Assembly: GCA_964500695.1 (NCBI GenBank)
Contig: CAZCNT010000001.1
Coordinates: forward strand, 1-59,515
Source of the DNA: an uncultured Gammaproteobacteria bacterium
GTDB lineage: Bacteria; Patescibacteriota; Microgenomatia; UBA8517
Reading direction: 5' to 3'
Length of the DNA: 59,515 bases
Shown here: piece by piece, positions 26,935 through 35,033 of the stretch
Position numbering within the stretch: the stretch's first letter is position 1
How the letters are laid out: every line of letters starts with the position of its first letter
Program-made: the position numbers and the translations under genes
The notes under the pieces: generated by a model
The model's database searches: none
Told to the model about the DNA's origin: nothing
The model's input: the letters and a program-made list of their open reading frames with translations, nothing else

Positions 26935-26944
26935 TTTAAAACAT

Positions 26945-29443
26945 ATGCAAGTTCAAACGGGAAAATCAAAAAACTCGTACGCTAAAAGCGGTAAGAGGAA
27001 AATATTTTATAAAAACGGCGAGACCAAAATTTCTGTCGACGAACTTTTTGCACCCAGCTACGAGGAGGTCATGGTTCAGATAAAGAAGAAGGTGGGAGAA
27101 AGGCCGGAATTGCCGCGAGATCTTCCCAGGGGTGAGTGGACAGAACAATCAATCAGAGTTTTAAAAGAAAGGTATTTAGTTAAAGATGAGAATTTGGAAC
27201 TCATTGAGAATCCTGAAGAGATGGTTTGGAGGGTAGCATGGGAGGCTGCTTCGGCTGAAAGTAGGTGGGGTAAAAACAAAAAAGAAGTGTTAAGCGAAGC
27301 CAGAAATTTTTACGAACTAATGGTTTCAAGGAAATTTTTACCGAATTCTCCAACGTTAATGAATGCGGGAACAGGTAACGGTCTTCAATATTCTGCCTGT
27401 TTTGTTTTGCCGGTAGAGGACTCCTTGATTGGAATCTTTGATGCCGTGAAGTACCAAGCATTAATTCACCAAACGGGAGGCGGTACAGGATTCTCTTTTT
27501 CAAGGCTTAGGCCCAGCGGATCCGTAGTAAAGTCTAGCCATGGAACCGCGTCCGGTCCTGTATCGTTTATGCGAATTTTTGACGCCGCCACAAACGAAAT
27601 AAAGCAGGGTGGAAAAAGGCGGGGTGCCAATATGGGAATTTTGCGGGTGGACCACCCCGATATTTTAGAATTTATTCATTGCAAAGAGACTGGCGGAATA
27701 ACCAATTTCAACATATCGGTTGCCATAACGGATGCTTTTATGGACGCTTATAAAAAAGATCAGGATTATAAACTGATTGATCCTAAAACAAAAAAAATTG
27801 CAGGGAAATTGTCTGCCAGACGCGTTTTTGACGAAATTAGTCTGGGGGCTTGGAAAACCGGTGACCCGGGCCTCATTTTTATAGATAGGAGAAATAGGGG
27901 TGCTTCTAACCCCGTCCCGTCTCTTGGCCCGATTGAGGCGACAAACCCCTGTGGTGAACAGGAACTTTATCCCTATGATGCTTGTAATTTGGGAAGCATT
28001 TTCCTGGGCTATTTTGTTAAAGATAATGAAATTATGTGGGAAGCGCTTGGCGATGCCGCCAAAACAGCAACGCGCTTTCTGGACAATATAATTGAGGTTA
28101 ACCCCTTTCCTTTGGACCAAATCAGAAAGACGGTATTCAATATTAGAAGAATCGGGTTAGGTGTCGGAGGTTGGGCGGATCTTCTAATCGAACTTGGAAT
28201 TCCTTATGACTCAGATGAAGCAATGGCGCTTGGAGCAAAAGTTATGAAGTTTATTTATGAAGAAGCGGTTAAAGAAGACAAAAAATTAGCAAGAGAGCGC
28301 GGAGCCTTTCCGCTCTGGCCCGTGAGTATTTATAGGGATCAGGACATGAGGAGAAATTCGACGATTACTACAATCGCTCCAACCGGGACAATTTCAATTA
28401 TCGCAGGAGCAAGTAGCGGAATAGAACCGCTCTTTGCAATTGCTTTCCAACATATCGTAAAAGATAAACATCTGGATAGAAAACTAACATTTATTGAACC
28501 AAAATTTGAAAGAGTGGCAAAGGCACGGGGTTTCTGGAGCGAAGAACTTATGGAGAAAGTGGCAGTAAAGGGAGTCGTGCGGGATATTGAGGAAATTCCG
28601 GAAGACGTCCGCGCCACTTTTGGTACGGCTCACGAGATTGATATTGATTGGCATATAAAAACACAGGCGGTATTTCAGAAATATACAGAGAATGCAGTAA
28701 GTAAGACTATCAATTTGAGACACGATGCAACCGTCGAGGATGTTAAAAAAGCTTATTTAATGGCTTGGCAAACAAACTGTAAAGGAATAACAATATTCAG
28801 AGACGGAAGTAAAAGTGCGCAGGTTTTAAATTTGGGGGTAAACAACAGTGAAGAGAGCGTGGAAGAAGCTGTTTTTCAAAAGCAGTTAGTTCTTGAACGT
28901 CCGGTTAAAGTTGAGGGGGCGACATATAAAATCGCCACTCCGTTCGGAAATGCTTTTATTACAATAAATCAGGATTCCGCAGGAAATCCGTTTGAAATTT
29001 TCATAATGATCGGTAAAGCCGGAAGCGAAATTTCGGCAATGGCAGAAGCGCTTGGGAGGGTTATTTCTACAACGTTTCGTTTTGGCAATCACTTGCCGGC
29101 ACGGGAGCGGGCGCGCGAGATAATGGAGCAGCTTAAAGGTATCGGGGGAGGCAGATCGGTTGGTTTCGGACCAAACAAAATTAAATCTCTTCCGGACGCT
29201 GTAGCACGGGTACTTTCGATGCATTTTGGTTTTTCTACGAGTCACATTAATGAACAAACCCCCACTGACATGGCAGCGCATAACGTTACAACGCAAAGTG
29301 AGACATTTCTGTCTAACCCCACACCTGCAGTGGTTGAATTTGAAGCCAAGCGTGCCGACATTTGCCCTTCATGCGGAGCCAATGCTCTGGTTTATGAAGA
29401 AGGCTGTGCCAAGTGCCATGCGTGCGGTCACTCCGAGTGTTAA
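26945..29443 (+). CDS. nrdJ: class II (adenosylcobalamin-dependent) ribonucleotide reductase
   Basis: 832 aa with TNPCGEQELYPYDACNLGS and a C-terminal CPSCG...CAKCHACG zinc ribbon. Confidence 0.9.
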   Translation: MQVQTGKSKNSYAKSGKRKIFYKNGETKISVDELFAPSYEEVMVQIKKKVGERPELPRDLPRGEWTEQSIRVLKERYLVKDENLELIENPEEMVWRVAWEAASAESRWGKNKKEVLSEARNFYELMVSRKFLPNSPTLMNAGTGNGLQYSACFVLPVEDSLIGIFDAVKYQALIHQTGGGTGFSFSRLRPSGSVVKSSHGTASGPVSFMRIFDAATNEIKQGGKRRGANMGILRVDHPDILEFIHCKETGGITNFNISVAITDAFMDAYKKDQDYKLIDPKTKKIAGKLSARRVFDEISLGAWKTGDPGLIFIDRRNRGASNPVPSLGPIEATNPCGEQELYPYDACNLGSIFLGYFVKDNEIMWEALGDAAKTATRFLDNIIEVNPFPLDQIRKTVFNIRRIGLGVGGWADLLIELGIPYDSDEAMALGAKVMKFIYEEAVKEDKKLARERGAFPLWPVSIYRDQDMRRNSTITTIAPTGTISIIAGASSGIEPLFAIAFQHIVKDKHLDRKLTFIEPKFERVAKARGFWSEELMEKVAVKGVVRDIEEIPEDVRATFGTAHEIDIDWHIKTQAVFQKYTENAVSKTINLRHDATVEDVKKAYLMAWQTNCKGITIFRDGSKSAQVLNLGVNNSEESVEEAVFQKQLVLERPVKVEGATYKIATPFGNAFITINQDSAGNPFEIFIMIGKAGSEISAMAEALGRVISTTFRFGNHLPARERAREIMEQLKGIGGGRSVGFGPNKIKSLPDAVARVLSMHFGFSTSHINEQTPTDMAAHNVTTQSETFLSNPTPAVVEFEAKRADICPSCGANALVYEEGCAKCHACGHSEC

Positions 29444-29455
29444 CCTCAAAATATT

Positions 29456-31618
29456 ATGAATGACATATCCCTTTTGGATAAAAAGATAATTAAAGCGGAT
29501 GGAAGTGAAGAGATATTCAATAGTGAAAAAATTTTCAGGGGAATTTTTAAAGCAGCAGAAAATGTCGGCGGAACCAATGAAAGTTTGGCGAAAGATTTAT
29601 CCCTGGAAGTTATCAGTTTTCTTAAAAGCAAACTTAATGGAGAGTTGACAATTCCCAGTATGTTGGTTGGGGAAGCGGTCGAGAAAATATTAATTGAAAA
29701 AGGTCACGCAAAAACCGCCAAGGCCTTTATAATTTACAGGGAAAACAAGAAGCATTTGCGGCAGGACAAGTCCTCACTCGGGGTGGTTGATGATATTGGG
29801 TTTTCTTATAACACTCTTTATATTCTTAAACAGCGTTATTTAAAAAGAAATGAAAAAGGAGAAATTATAGAAACACCAAAAGGTATGATAGAAAGGATTG
29901 CTAGGGCGTTAAGTAAGGTAGAAAAGACTTCGATTAAAAGAAAAAGATATTTCAAGGAATTTTTTGATTTGATGGTTAATTTTGAATTCTTACCCGGTTC
30001 AAGAACCATGGCCAATGCCGGAAAAGCTTCACCGCAGCTTGCAAATTGTTTTGTTTGGCCAATTGCCGATGACATCAATAACGTTTTTGATATTTTATAT
30101 AAATCTACGTTGATCAAAAAACACGGCGGGGGGTGTGGTTATAACTTTTCAAGTATCCGTCCGGAGGGTGACTCTGTTGCCGGAATTCCTGAAATTGCTG
30201 CGGGGCCGGTAAAGATGATTGAAATGTTTAACTTGATGACGTCGCTTTTTCGCCAGGAGGGAAAATATGAAAGCGGGAATATGGCAATACTCAACGTTGA
30301 CCATCCTGATATTTTTAATTTTATCTCCGCCAAACAAAACGACGGATATTTAAGTAAAACCAATATTTCGATTGGAATTACAGATAAGTTTATGGAGGCT
30401 GCGATCCACAATAAAGATTGGAAGCTTATTAATCCGAGGACTAAAAAGGTGGTTAATATCGTCTCGGCACGGTCAATTTTGGATCTAATGGCTACAATAG
30501 CCTGGCAGACGGGCGACCCGGGAATTGTCAATCTTTCGGCCATGAATAAAGGTACGGCTCGCTCAAACCCGCTTTTGAAGAAAAAAGGAATGATTATGGC
30601 CACAAACCCCTGCGGGGAAGTACCCCTTTATCCTTTTGAATCCTGCAACTTGGGGTATGTTAATTTTGTGAAATTTGTCAAAAACGGGAAGTTCAATTAC
30701 AAAAGATTGGCAGAGGTTATGAAGGTTGCGGTGCGCCTGATGGATAACGTAATCGAAGCCTCCTGGTTTCCGGTTCCCGAAGTTACCAAATCGGTTAAAG
30801 ATCATAGAAGAATCGGTATTGGGGCAGTTGGCTGGGCGGAAGTTTTGGCCGTTCTCGGAATATCTTATGATAGTAATGAAGCTTTCAAAATGGCTGAAAA
30901 AGTTACCAGGGTAATGTATGAAAATGCTTTTTCCTCCTCGATCGAAATCGCCAAGGAAAAAGGCCCCTTCCCTTTGGTAAAAGACTCAATTTGGGCAGAC
31001 AAAAAAGAAAAACCCAGAAATGTTGCCCTTCTGACGTTTCCTCCGAGTTCAAGTAATGCCGTAATATGCGAAACTACTTTTGGGGTAGAGCCATATTTTG
31101 CCTTAGCTTATGAGCAAAATGTGATGGAAGGAATGAGGCTAAAAACTGTAGTACCTCTTTTAGTCGAAAAGCTAAAAGAAAGAGGTATCTATTCGGAAGA
31201 TCTTATATCAAAAATAATTGCGAACCACGGCAGTATTCAGGGGATTTCCGAAGTTCCTGAGGATCTTAAAAAAGTTTTTAAAGTGGCCCACGACTTAAAT
31301 TGGCGCGACCACATTAAAATGCAAGCTGCTTTTCAAAAGTGGACGGATAACGCTATTACGAAGACAATTAACATGCCGATGGATACCACTCCCAATGACA
31401 TTAAAGAAGCTTACATTATGGCCTGGAAATTAGGATGCAAGGGCTTAACGGTTTACAGAGATCACACAAAAAAGGATCAGGTTTTTGAGTTTGGAAACGG
31501 AAGCGTTGCCAAAAGTGGAATTGCTGCAAAAATGTGTCCCAACTGTGACATCCCCCTTAAGCGCGATAAAAAATGTCTTAAGTGCGAACGCTGTGGTTTT
31601 TCGACCTGTGAACTATAA
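29456..31618 (+). CDS. nrdJ: class II ribonucleotide reductase paralog with N-terminal ATP-cone
   Basis: 720 aa with TNPCGEVPLYPFESCNLGY, an N-terminal ATP-cone-like segment and a C-terminal CPNC...CLKCERCG. Confidence 0.88.
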   Translation: MNDISLLDKKIIKADGSEEIFNSEKIFRGIFKAAENVGGTNESLAKDLSLEVISFLKSKLNGELTIPSMLVGEAVEKILIEKGHAKTAKAFIIYRENKKHLRQDKSSLGVVDDIGFSYNTLYILKQRYLKRNEKGEIIETPKGMIERIARALSKVEKTSIKRKRYFKEFFDLMVNFEFLPGSRTMANAGKASPQLANCFVWPIADDINNVFDILYKSTLIKKHGGGCGYNFSSIRPEGDSVAGIPEIAAGPVKMIEMFNLMTSLFRQEGKYESGNMAILNVDHPDIFNFISAKQNDGYLSKTNISIGITDKFMEAAIHNKDWKLINPRTKKVVNIVSARSILDLMATIAWQTGDPGIVNLSAMNKGTARSNPLLKKKGMIMATNPCGEVPLYPFESCNLGYVNFVKFVKNGKFNYKRLAEVMKVAVRLMDNVIEASWFPVPEVTKSVKDHRRIGIGAVGWAEVLAVLGISYDSNEAFKMAEKVTRVMYENAFSSSIEIAKEKGPFPLVKDSIWADKKEKPRNVALLTFPPSSSNAVICETTFGVEPYFALAYEQNVMEGMRLKTVVPLLVEKLKERGIYSEDLISKIIANHGSIQGISEVPEDLKKVFKVAHDLNWRDHIKMQAAFQKWTDNAITKTINMPMDTTPNDIKEAYIMAWKLGCKGLTVYRDHTKKDQVFEFGNGSVAKSGIAAKMCPNCDIPLKRDKKCLKCERCGFSTCEL

Positions 31619-31624
31619 TTAGAC

Positions 31625-31858
31625 ATGATTTATGAAATTATCGGTTGGTTAGGGGCAGTTTTAATACTTCTTGCATATCTACTTCTTACGTTAAAGAAAA
31701 TTCGTTCTAATTCGAGGTGTTTTCAAATTTTAAATCTTCTTGGGGCGATTTTCGTAATTATTAATTCGCTTGTGCACCACGCGTTGCCCTCGGTCGGCTT
31801 AAATATTATTTGGGTTTTAATTGCAATTGTCGGTCTGGCAAGGATTGATTCTAGATAA
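31625..31858 (+). CDS. small 3-TM membrane protein
   Basis: 77 aa with three hydrophobic helices. Wedged between nrdJ and pduO. Confidence 0.6.
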   Translation: MIYEIIGWLGAVLILLAYLLLTLKKIRSNSRCFQILNLLGAIFVIINSLVHHALPSVGLNIIWVLIAIVGLARIDSR

Positions 31859-31871
31859 TGTATAATGCCTC

Positions 31872-32372
31872 ATGGCTGTTTATACGAAGACAGGCGACAA
31901 AGGAAAAACGGGAACTTTTGGTGGGAAAAGGGTTTCAAAATCCTCAAAATTAATTAATACAATCGGATCGATCGACGAACTTAATTCGTTTTTAGGAATT
32001 ATCAGGGGACTTACCGAAATTCAACGAAACCTATTTGCCATAAATGCAATTTTGACGGGGGCTAAATTGAAACTTCCTTTAGATGCCACAAAAAAGTTAG
32101 AAATGGAAATCGATAAAATTGAGGGGAGTATTCCAACGCAGAAAAATTTTCTGATTTATGGCGGTACCAAAAAAGCGACCCAACTTTACTATGCCCGGGC
32201 CCTCTGCCGTCGTGCGGAACGCTCGCTTGTAGCTTTTTATCACCAATCACCAATCACTAACCACGAACCACTTGTCTATATAAATCGTCTATCCGATTAT
32301 CTTTTTATGCTGGCAAGAGCGGAAAATCACAAGGAAGGTTATAAGGAGAATTTCTGGAAAACCTCTAAATAA
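31872..32372 (+). CDS. pduO: PduO-type ATP:cob(I)alamin adenosyltransferase
   Basis: Contains YTKTGDKGKT and CRRAER...NRLSDYLF. Confidence 0.88.
   Translation: MAVYTKTGDKGKTGTFGGKRVSKSSKLINTIGSIDELNSFLGIIRGLTEIQRNLFAINAILTGAKLKLPLDATKKLEMEIDKIEGSIPTQKNFLIYGGTKKATQLYYARALCRRAERSLVAFYHQSPITNHEPLVYINRLSDYLFMLARAENHKEGYKENFWKTSK
32241..32271. repeat. heptamer array CACCAAT CACCAAT CACTAAC CACGAAC CAC translated inside pduO (HQSPITNHEPL)
   Basis: 7-nt period seen directly. Confidence 0.7.
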
Positions 32373-32388
32373 CAAAAGCACCCCAGGC

Positions 32389-32416
32389 TTGACTTTTATC
32401 TATCCCATAGTAGAAT
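32389..32416 (+). promoter_or_regulatory. near-consensus sigma70-type promoter TTGACT-16-TAGAAT
   Basis: TTGACT at 32389..32394 and TAGAAT at 32411..32416. The next annotated ATG is about 140 nt downstream. Confidence 0.45.
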
Positions 32417-32560
32417 ATTCAAATTTAAGTTCGATGCACATTTAAACAAAAACTGAGGCTGGTTATCCTCTTTGTGGTTTGGGGACAAAATGATTGAAAG
32501 CTCAATTTTTGCAGGAACTTTCTCTCAATTGTTTCCAAATCTATTTAATCGGAGGATAAA

Positions 32561-32812
32561 ATGTTCACGTCAAGAAGATTGATTTTTGAAAAAGGACAAT
32601 TTGGTAAGTTTGTCTTTTTGTTTCTGGTTGGGTCAATAGCAGGATATCGTGCATTTGGTAAGACGCATGGTACCATGTCAGATCAAACTAATTTGATCTA
32701 TTTACTTTTTTTGTTCATAGTTATGTCTATCTGTGTTGTCTGGTGCTGGGACATAATTAAGATGGCTGCAAAAACAGGTAATGAAGAATCAGAAGAACCA
32801 AAAGTGGAATAA
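32561..32812 (+). CDS. hypothetical small membrane protein
   Basis: 83 aa with two TM segments and GGAGGATAAAATG upstream. Confidence 0.6.
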   Translation: MFTSRRLIFEKGQFGKFVFLFLVGSIAGYRAFGKTHGTMSDQTNLIYLLFLFIVMSICVVWCWDIIKMAAKTGNEESEEPKVE

Positions 32813-32929
32813 ACCAAATAGTCTCGCCAGGACACCGATTAAAAATTAAAAAATAAAATCGGTGTTCTGAGAAAGTTTTATTTCAAATATTGACTTACAA
32901 AACTCTATAAACGATAATTAATTCATTAT

Positions 32930-33670
32930 ATGGCAGAATCTTCATCGGAAGTTGACAATAAGCCCGGATTTTTTAAATCAGCATTGTCACGGTTTAGTCT
33001 TAAAGGGGGAGAACGTGTGATTAAGAAAACCGAAAGAGAACTCCAATTAGAAGCTTTTGAGTCTTATCAAGAGAGTTTGTCAAAATCACAAGACAGTGGT
33101 GTAAAATCTATTGCAAGAGGATTGGAAGATAAAATTAATCGATTGGCAGGTAAATTTTCAGAGGCTAAAAAGGAAAATTCAGGTTTGTCTTCTGAACAGT
33201 TTCTAAATGAGGAGAACAAAGGACGTTCACATGTAACGATAGAAGGGGCCGGCTGGAATCCAAATGATTCTTTAATGAATAATTGGGCAAAAAAACCACA
33301 AAGTGAAGGGTGGGGTGTTCTCAGTGCTCGGGGAATTTCTGATCTTTTGGGTGAGAGAGATTACGTTGATGTTGATAAACGATTTAAAAGGAGCGATGCA
33401 AGCTCGACTCTTCCGGAAAGCGTAGTTCACACCGTTAGGAGCAGTTTTGGCGGAATTGTAAATGAAAATAGTCATTTTAGTCAATGCTGGACTCCAGTGA
33501 CCAATTCTGATTTTAGCAAAACAAACATCTTTGTTGGTTTGAAACGGGAAGATAGACAACCCAGTGCTTCATATTTTACCGCCAACGAGGGCGGTATAAG
33601 AGGATTGGCAATTCAAGTTAGCGTGCCCACTTTAGCTACTGCGGTTGAAAAACAGGCATCTTCACTTTAA
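32930..33670 (+). CDS. hypothetical protein
   Basis: 246-aa ORF with no recognisable motif. Confidence 0.55.
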   Translation: MAESSSEVDNKPGFFKSALSRFSLKGGERVIKKTERELQLEAFESYQESLSKSQDSGVKSIARGLEDKINRLAGKFSEAKKENSGLSSEQFLNEENKGRSHVTIEGAGWNPNDSLMNNWAKKPQSEGWGVLSARGISDLLGERDYVDVDKRFKRSDASSTLPESVVHTVRSSFGGIVNENSHFSQCWTPVTNSDFSKTNIFVGLKREDRQPSASYFTANEGGIRGLAIQVSVPTLATAVEKQASSL

Positions 33671-33795
33671 TTTATATTAAATTTGTTTAGAATCTTGGCA
33701 CCTGTAATGCTACAATGATTCCGTATAGTTGCCACTCCCGAAACTTTAAAACCTGAGGCTTCGGTGTATCGGTGTGACAGAAAGAGCTATAACCC

Positions 33796-33824
33796 TTGAC
33801 AAACATCAAGTAACATGTTACTTT
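33796..33824 (+). promoter_or_regulatory. TTGACA-17-TACTTT promoter 6 nt upstream of the vapB-like ATG (leaderless), with TAACATGTTA palindrome in the spacer
   Basis: TTGACA at 33796..33801, TACTTT at 33819..33824, ATG at 33831, and palindrome at 33811..33820. Confidence 0.5.
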
Positions 33825-33830
33825 ATATGC

Positions 33831-34091
33831 ATGTTAACCAAGCGTACAAACGTGCTACTCTCCGAAGAAGATCACTTAATGCTTACCAATTTAGCCAAGG
33901 AGTCTAATAAGACGATTGGAGAGCTTGTCCGTCATGCTGTTAAAAAGACGTACAAGATCAATAAAAGAAAGACTAAGTCTAAAATAAACAAAGAGCTTGA
34001 AGCGGCTATTAAAAGCGGTTGGAAATATTTAAAACATCCCGAAATTCCTTTGGATTATAAAGCATTAATAGAGTATGGACGCAAATATTAA
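33831..34091 (+). CDS. ribbon-helix-helix antitoxin (VapB/CopG-like)
   Basis: MLTKRTNVLLSEEDHLMLTNLAKE has the RHH pattern. Overlaps the PIN gene. Confidence 0.75.
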   Translation: MLTKRTNVLLSEEDHLMLTNLAKESNKTIGELVRHAVKKTYKINKRKTKSKINKELEAAIKSGWKYLKHPEIPLDYKALIEYGRKY

Positions 34092-34467
34092 AAACTTTAT
34101 TGTTGACGCTTCGTATTTACTTTCGGTTTTATTACCCGATGAGGCATCGAGTGAAGAGTCTAAAAAACATCTTACCATGATAATAAACAGGACTTATAAG
34201 TTTTTTGCCCCTAAAATTTTGGAATTCGAAGTTTGTAACAGCATAAAAACGACAGTAATACGTAATAGAATCGGAAAGACTTCGGCAGAAAAGATACTCA
34301 CAAGATTTAACAAAATACCAATAAATTATTTAGATATAAATAGAGAAAGAGTTTTAGATCTTTCAATAAATAAAAACTTAACATTTTATGATGCTTCATA
34401 TTTGTATTTAGCTAGGATTAATAAATATAAACTTTTAACTTTGGATAAAAAGTTAGAGAAGCTTTAA
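34075..34467 (+). CDS. vapC: PIN-domain toxin (VapC-like)
   Basis: 130 aa with FIVDASYLL at the N-terminus and D...YDASYL...LTLD acidic residues. Confidence 0.8.
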   Translation: MDANIKNFIVDASYLLSVLLPDEASSEESKKHLTMIINRTYKFFAPKILEFEVCNSIKTTVIRNRIGKTSAEKILTRFNKIPINYLDINRERVLDLSINKNLTFYDASYLYLARINKYKLLTLDKKLEKL

Positions 34468-34472
34468 AATAA

Positions 34473-34628
34473 ATGATCAACAATATTAAAATTATTAAAC
34501 TACTTGCGACAGAGGTTCAAAAACATTTTTTTGAGTTATTAGATAAACTTGTTTCCGGTGAATTGTTAAGGATAGAAATTAAGTTGGGGGGCAAAGTTAT
34601 AGCTATAATGACGCCGATTACTAAATGA
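34473..34628 (+). CDS. small Phd/YefM-like ORF (51 aa, solo)
   Basis: Hand translation MINNIKIIKLLATEVQKHFFELLDKLVSGELLRIEIKLGGKVIAIMTPITK. Below the ORF-track length cutoff. Confidence 0.45.
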   Translation: MINNIKIIKLLATEVQKHFFELLDKLVSGELLRIEIKLGGKVIAIMTPITK

Positions 34629-34691
34629 GAATCACTTTCAAATAATCTCAGGTCTTTCAATTTACTCCCTCTAGTCTTAAAATGATTTTAT

Positions 34692-35033
34692 ATGGCTGCC
34701 ACCCCTGAAACACTAAGACCGGAGGCTTTGGAAATTACTGAACATCAAGAAGAGTTTATCGTACCTGAAACTCTTCAACAAAGCGGGATGAAGGTGGTTC
34801 AAAAAAACTTTAAAGCCCAGATTAACGACGATAAGGGGGCACCCTTAATACAAACACCCCCAACGCAGGTTATTACAGTCAGCACACCTTCCGATCAGGC
34901 GACTCTCACTAAACAGGCCGGCGGGTCGGTAGCTTCATCTCTCACTTGGCTGGCTGCTTTTTGGCTCAGGGTTATTAAAAAAGCATTGCATTTTGGTTGG
35001 AAAATAGTCGGAAAGGAGCAAAATGTATCTTGA
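34692..35033 (+). CDS. hypothetical protein with C-terminal TM, partner of the T4CP-like ATPase
   Basis: 113 aa. Overlaps the next CDS by 11 nt. Confidence 0.6.
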   Translation: MAATPETLRPEALEITEHQEEFIVPETLQQSGMKVVQKNFKAQINDDKGAPLIQTPPTQVITVSTPSDQATLTKQAGGSVASSLTWLAAFWLRVIKKALHFGWKIVGKEQNVS

